Assembly (NCBI GenBank): GCA_965218795.1
Contig: OZ244653.1
Location: 2,496,001 to 2,560,000, forward strand
Length of the DNA: 64,000 nucleotides
From: a bacterium
Lineage (GTDB): Bacteria > UBA8248 > JACPRG01 > G963555815
Direction: 5' to 3'
Under the pieces are notes generated by a model. The model saw nothing but the letters and a program-made list of their open reading frames with translations, was not told the origin of the DNA and did not search any database. Positions 60,016 to 64,000 of the stretch are shown here, one piece after another. A program made the position numbers and the translations under genes. The first letter of the stretch is position 1. Each line of letters starts with the position of its first letter.

Positions 60016-61263
60016 ATGAGCAGAACCCGACGCTTGGAGGGAATCATGGCCGATTCCGCATTCAATGAGGCATGGGCATCCCACACCTTCAGGGCATCCG
60101 ATTTCATGGAGGAGATCTGCGCGCTCGGGCCCCGCTTCATGGGTTCCGAGGGGGAGCGCAAGGCCCGCGAATACCTGTTGCGCGAGTTCAAGAATCAGGG
60201 TCTGGAAGAATGCGAAGCGGAGGCGATGGATTACCTCGGCTACCGGACCGAACGCGCGGCAATCCACGTCGCCTCCCCCGAAGCCTTCTCCATTCCCTGC
60301 GATGATTTGGGTCTGTCGGGGCTCACGCCCGAAGGGGGAATCGAGGCCGAGCTGGTTTACGCGGGTGAAGGAGAAGACGGTGATTACGCCGCACTTGCCA
60401 AAGGGGGGGGAGGCTGCATCGGAAAAATCGTGCTGGCCGACGCTTTCAAGTCCTACCAGGCCGTTCCCCGGGCGGAGGAAAACTGGGCCGTAGGTTTCAT
60501 CCTGGGGACCCGGCTGGAAGAGGAAGCCGTTCGGGTCGGAGTGACCAACCTGTCCGGCGTTCCGGGCAGGATCCCCGCCGCCGCCGTGGCTCCCTCACAA
60601 AGCCGGCGGCTGCAATCCCTCCTCGAAAACGGGCCCGTTCGTGTGCGGCTCGAGGTCACGGGCGAATACAGGGCTGATACGTCCCAGATCATCAGCGGGA
60701 CGGTCCCGGGGACCGAGACCCCCGAAGAAACCGTATTCGTTATTTCACATTTCGACAGTCACCGGATGGGTCCGCATGCGGCGGACAATGCGGCGGGGTG
60801 CGGGGCATTACTCGATGCAGCCGGATTCTTTCAGGGCGCTCGGCCTCGCCGGTCGATCCGGTTCCTCGGCTTCCCGGGCGAGGAGTTCGGTTTCCTGGGG
60901 GCCAGACGGTATGTTGCCCGTCACGCGCAGGAGATGAGCAGGGCGAAAGCGGTCGTCAACCTGGACGGCATGATCTGCTGCAAGGAGGGCCGAACCAACG
61001 CCGAATACACCGAAGAAACGCAGTCCCTGCTGGAACGGGTTGCGGAAGAGCACGGGATCCCGATAACCCAATGGTCCTGCCCGCCCCATGCTTACAGCGA
61101 CCACTATGAATTTCAGAAGGAGGGCGTTCCGGTCGTGTGGTTCTTCGAGTTGGACGATTATTATCACACCGAGCTGGATGTTCCGGAGAACATCGATAAC
61201 AACCGGTTTGAGAAACACACGAAGGCTTATGCGGACGTCATCTGGTCGCTCGCCCAGGACTGA
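60016..61263 (+). CDS. M28-family metallopeptidase with a PA domain
   Basis: GPRFMGSEGE, GKIVL, SHFDS, AADNAAG, GEEFGFLG, NLD, SDH, YHTELD. Confidence 0.92.
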   Translation: MSRTRRLEGIMADSAFNEAWASHTFRASDFMEEICALGPRFMGSEGERKAREYLLREFKNQGLEECEAEAMDYLGYRTERAAIHVASPEAFSIPCDDLGLSGLTPEGGIEAELVYAGEGEDGDYAALAKGGGGCIGKIVLADAFKSYQAVPRAEENWAVGFILGTRLEEEAVRVGVTNLSGVPGRIPAAAVAPSQSRRLQSLLENGPVRVRLEVTGEYRADTSQIISGTVPGTETPEETVFVISHFDSHRMGPHAADNAAGCGALLDAAGFFQGARPRRSIRFLGFPGEEFGFLGARRYVARHAQEMSRAKAVVNLDGMICCKEGRTNAEYTEETQSLLERVAEEHGIPITQWSCPPHAYSDHYEFQKEGVPVVWFFELDDYYHTELDVPENIDNNRFEKHTKAYADVIWSLAQD

Positions 61264-61412
61264 TTTTCCCGGGCGTCCCGCAGATACGGAAGCCGCCGAT
61301 TGACCAACCCCCTTCGTCCGGCTCACGGGCGATGCGAAGGTCGTCCTTCCCGGTATCCGATTTCCCCGTAGACTTGATTCGGACTCCGAAAGAGCAGAAA
61401 GGGGTTACCGGC

Positions 61413-61810
61413 TCAGGGGGAAACGCTCCGGGAGAGCCTGGCCTCGGCTATGCGATCGCTCCCTTCAATCAAAGCGGCCGTCCGCATGTCCAGCCGATCT
61501 CTTTGGGAACGAAGAAGCGTCCGCTGGAATGCGCCGGTCAAAATTCTGTGTAAGCGTTCGTTGATCTCCTCCAGCGTCCACATGTAATTCTGGGTCCCCT
61601 GCACCGACTCAAAGCAGGAAACCGTCTTGATGGTGGTGGGGTGTTGGCGCCTTCGGCGACTATCTTGCACTGAATCCGCGGCGCGTTCTCCTCGGTGATC
61701 TGATTCTGGATGGCGGCCGGAACGAAAACGTTGCACGACAGCTCCAGCAACTCCTCGTTGGTCCCCTTCTCGCCCGTCGGATGAGTGTCCAGCGTCTTGT
61801 GCTCTTTGAT
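61413..61810 (-). pseudogene. Glu/Leu/Phe/Val dehydrogenase C-terminal remnant
   Basis: [23 protein letters not shown]...IVAEGAN, then after an internal deletion and shift [16 protein letters not shown]...DMRTAA. Confidence 0.85.
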
Positions 61811-62214
61811 GATGAGCGTCCGTGCATCTTTTTGAGCGATCGGGAAAAGGGACCGGGCAACTGAACCGCAGACAGGTTTTTCCTTATCATCTGTCCGAGA
61901 CCACCTACAACCCACCCCCAACTTCTTGAAAATGACGGACTTTTCCACTCCCCAGAATATGCAATGAGCGTACCAGGAACGATTGTGGATGAATTTTCAG
62001 GGGACTTACATATGAATGAAACGAAGATTGCTTTTTATCACCCGGTCTGTCAGCATACCGGGCAATTCTTTTCTTTCGTGCGGCGGGGAGTTGCGATGGG
62101 CTTGGTCTCTCCAGCCTTCAACGGCCGAATATCCCCTCTTGGGATGGACGCCTCAAGGATTTCTTCGGAATGCGAAAGAGGGCGGCACTCTCATCCCAGG
62201 AGGAAATTCTTGAA

Positions 62215-62733
62215 ATGAATTCACGACTCCAAAGGGTCGCGCAATGCTTGGCACTGTCCTCCTTCATCGTCTTCGCCGTTGCGGCGGCCCGGGCGGAAGT
62301 AGAATCAGACGTCGTCGCCGTGGGGAAAAAGGTTTCCTTCGAATATTCGGTGTCCGTTGAGGGCAAGAAAAATATCCTCGACAGCAACATTGGAAAGCCT
62401 CCCCTCACGTACACCCAGGGCTCCGGAAACGTCCTTCCGGCCCTGCAGACAGCCCTTCTTGGAATGAAAATCGGAGAAACAAGAGATGTCACATTAAAAT
62501 CCGAACAAGCTTATGGCGCCTTCGACCCGAAGGCGATCATCGAGGTCAAAAAGTCTCTCATCCCCGAAAATCTTCAAGAAAAGGGGCAGGAGTTGGTCGG
62601 CCCGGGGCCCTCGGGCGATGTTCGAAGGTTCAAGGTGCTCGAAATCAAAGAAAATACCATCGTCCTCGATTTCAACCACCCCCTTGCGGGCAAATCCATT
62701 ATGTTCAAGGTGAGAATTGTCAATATCGAGTGA
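62215..62733 (+). CDS. FKBP-type peptidyl-prolyl isomerase (SlyD-like) with a signal peptide
   Basis: VSFEY, PLTYTQG, LPALQTAL.GMK.GE, AYG, LDFNHPLAGK; no His-rich tail. Confidence 0.92.
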   Translation: MNSRLQRVAQCLALSSFIVFAVAAARAEVESDVVAVGKKVSFEYSVSVEGKKNILDSNIGKPPLTYTQGSGNVLPALQTALLGMKIGETRDVTLKSEQAYGAFDPKAIIEVKKSLIPENLQEKGQELVGPGPSGDVRRFKVLEIKENTIVLDFNHPLAGKSIMFKVRIVNIE

Positions 62734-62784
62734 ATTCAATTCCGAAAATTGCCGCCGATTCGATTCATGGTTAAGGAGTCGTCC

Positions 62785-63231
62785 ATGGCTTTCGCGGATA
62801 CCAAACGACTGACCACCCATGGTGCAAAATTGATGATGGCGGCCGCTATCTCCAGGGCGGAGGAGTTCGGCATCGCCGCAACCATCGCCATTGTTGATGC
62901 GGGCGGTCACCTCATCCTCCTGGAACGCATGGATGGGGGCCGTTTCCACACAGTCCACTCTTCTATCACCAAAGCCGCCTGCTCTTCTTCGAACAAGCGG
63001 CCGACGACAACCCGCGGCGCTCAGGGACAAGTCCTGGACACCGCGCACGCCCTCGGCTTGGCTCTGGCGGCGGGTCCGTCCCGATGGACGGCGATGGAGG
63101 GCGGATTCCCGATCATCGTGGACGGGGAATGCCTCGGCGGGATCGGAGTGAGCGGTGGAACCTGGGAGCAGGACGAAGAGATCGCCAAGGCCGCCGTCGA
63201 AGCCGTCGGGGCGGGCTTCCAGATTGCATAA
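62785..63231 (+). CDS. GlcG/HbpS-family heme-binding protein
   Basis: IAIVDAGGHL..LERMDG, KA, GGFPI, GGIGVSG...QDEEIA. Confidence 0.92.
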   Translation: MAFADTKRLTTHGAKLMMAAAISRAEEFGIAATIAIVDAGGHLILLERMDGGRFHTVHSSITKAACSSSNKRPTTTRGAQGQVLDTAHALGLALAAGPSRWTAMEGGFPIIVDGECLGGIGVSGGTWEQDEEIAKAAVEAVGAGFQIA

Positions 63232-63537
63232 ATCCGGCTCGATCTTCACTCGACAACGGCCTGCAATTCTCATTCCTCTCAAATGACTGATGGATACAAC
63301 AAACGGCAGAATCAGAATCTGCAAACGGTGGTTGTGAAGGCTTCTCACAACCGGGTGGGAGCGAGAGCCGGAGGCAGAACCGATTGGGTCAGGGGATCGA
63401 ATCGGTTACAATCTTGTCACTTCAAGTCAATCCGAACATCCCTCACTTCCTCTCTGGAAACATGTACGGGAAGATAGTAATGAATACGGAAGATCCATTG
63501 TCCGACACGTTGTAGTCCCCGAAAGGAGAATCACGTC

Positions 63538-64000
63538 GTGAAAAAAGGAAGAACATTACTCGTCCTGATTGCCGCCCTGGTCTTACTCGCCGCCGGTGCG
63601 CCAACGGCATCGGCCGAATACCCTGACAGGCCCATCCAGTTCATCATCCCCTTCGGAGCGGGGGGTGGAGCCGACATCGAGGGCCGGCTTCTCGCAAAAG
63701 AGATGAGCAAGGTTCTCGGCGAGCCGGTGGTCGCCGTCAACAAGCCGGGCGCGGGCGGGGCGGTCACTTACACCTACGTCAAGAACGCCAAGCCCGACGG
63801 ATACACAGTGGCCTGGAATTCCACTTCCATCCTGACGACAACGAATATCGGCAATGTGAACTTCACGCACGATGCCATGGATCACGTTGGACGCGTCGAG
63901 TTCCAGCCAATGCCCTTTGTCGTGCGGGCCGACTCCCAATGGAAGACGTTCAACGACTTCGTGGCGGATTGCAAAAAAAACCCCGGCAAGTACAAGGTCG
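63538..64000 (+). CDS. Tripartite tricarboxylate transporter substrate-binding protein (TctC/Bug), partial
   Basis: Translated by hand from GTG 63538: signal peptide, YPDRPIQFIIPFGAGGGAD, VNKPGAGG, KPDGYT; runs off the window end. Confidence 0.92.
   Translation, partial: MKKGRTLLVLIAALVLLAAGAPTASAEYPDRPIQFIIPFGAGGGADIEGRLLAKEMSKVLGEPVVAVNKPGAGGAVTYTYVKNAKPDGYTVAWNSTSILTTTNIGNVNFTHDAMDHVGRVEFQPMPFVVRADSQWKTFNDFVADCKKNPGKYKV

Noticed and set aside
1-64000. CRISPR array, tRNA, rRNA or prophage
   Set aside because: No regularly spaced repeats, cloverleaf or rRNA signatures, or phage genes recognised by eye; a tRNAscan/Infernal run would be needed to exclude small RNAs fully

Overview
GC-rich bacterial window made up mostly of transport and catabolic genes. 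It holds two branched-chain amino-acid-type ABC operons, a PhnCDE-like ABC system, a sugar-type ABC system with a TorT-like binding protein, a TonB-dependent receptor and a partial TctC/Bug protein. The core is a divergently transcribed ~22 kb catabolic cluster (17.2-39.6 kb): two MFS transporters, an amine-dehydrogenase-like protein, a class IV aminotransferase, hydantoinase/oxoprolinase B-A-B, a cyclase, two UbiD decarboxylases, a class II aldolase, a Mo-hydroxylase large subunit, two tandem Rieske oxygenases, a phytoene-desaturase-like oxidoreductase and a dienelactone hydrolase. The most striking sequence signal is that the two tandem Rieske genes share an apparently perfect 584-bp 5' block but have diverged substrate-binding halves, and a third paralog lies at 58 kb. 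Accessory debris includes a doubly inactivated type II restriction-modification pair, IS630/IS481/IS3 remnants, a MITE with an 8-bp target duplication enclosing a REP pair, and several pseudogenes. No rRNA, tRNA or CRISPR array was seen. All family calls come from motif recognition by eye, with no database search.
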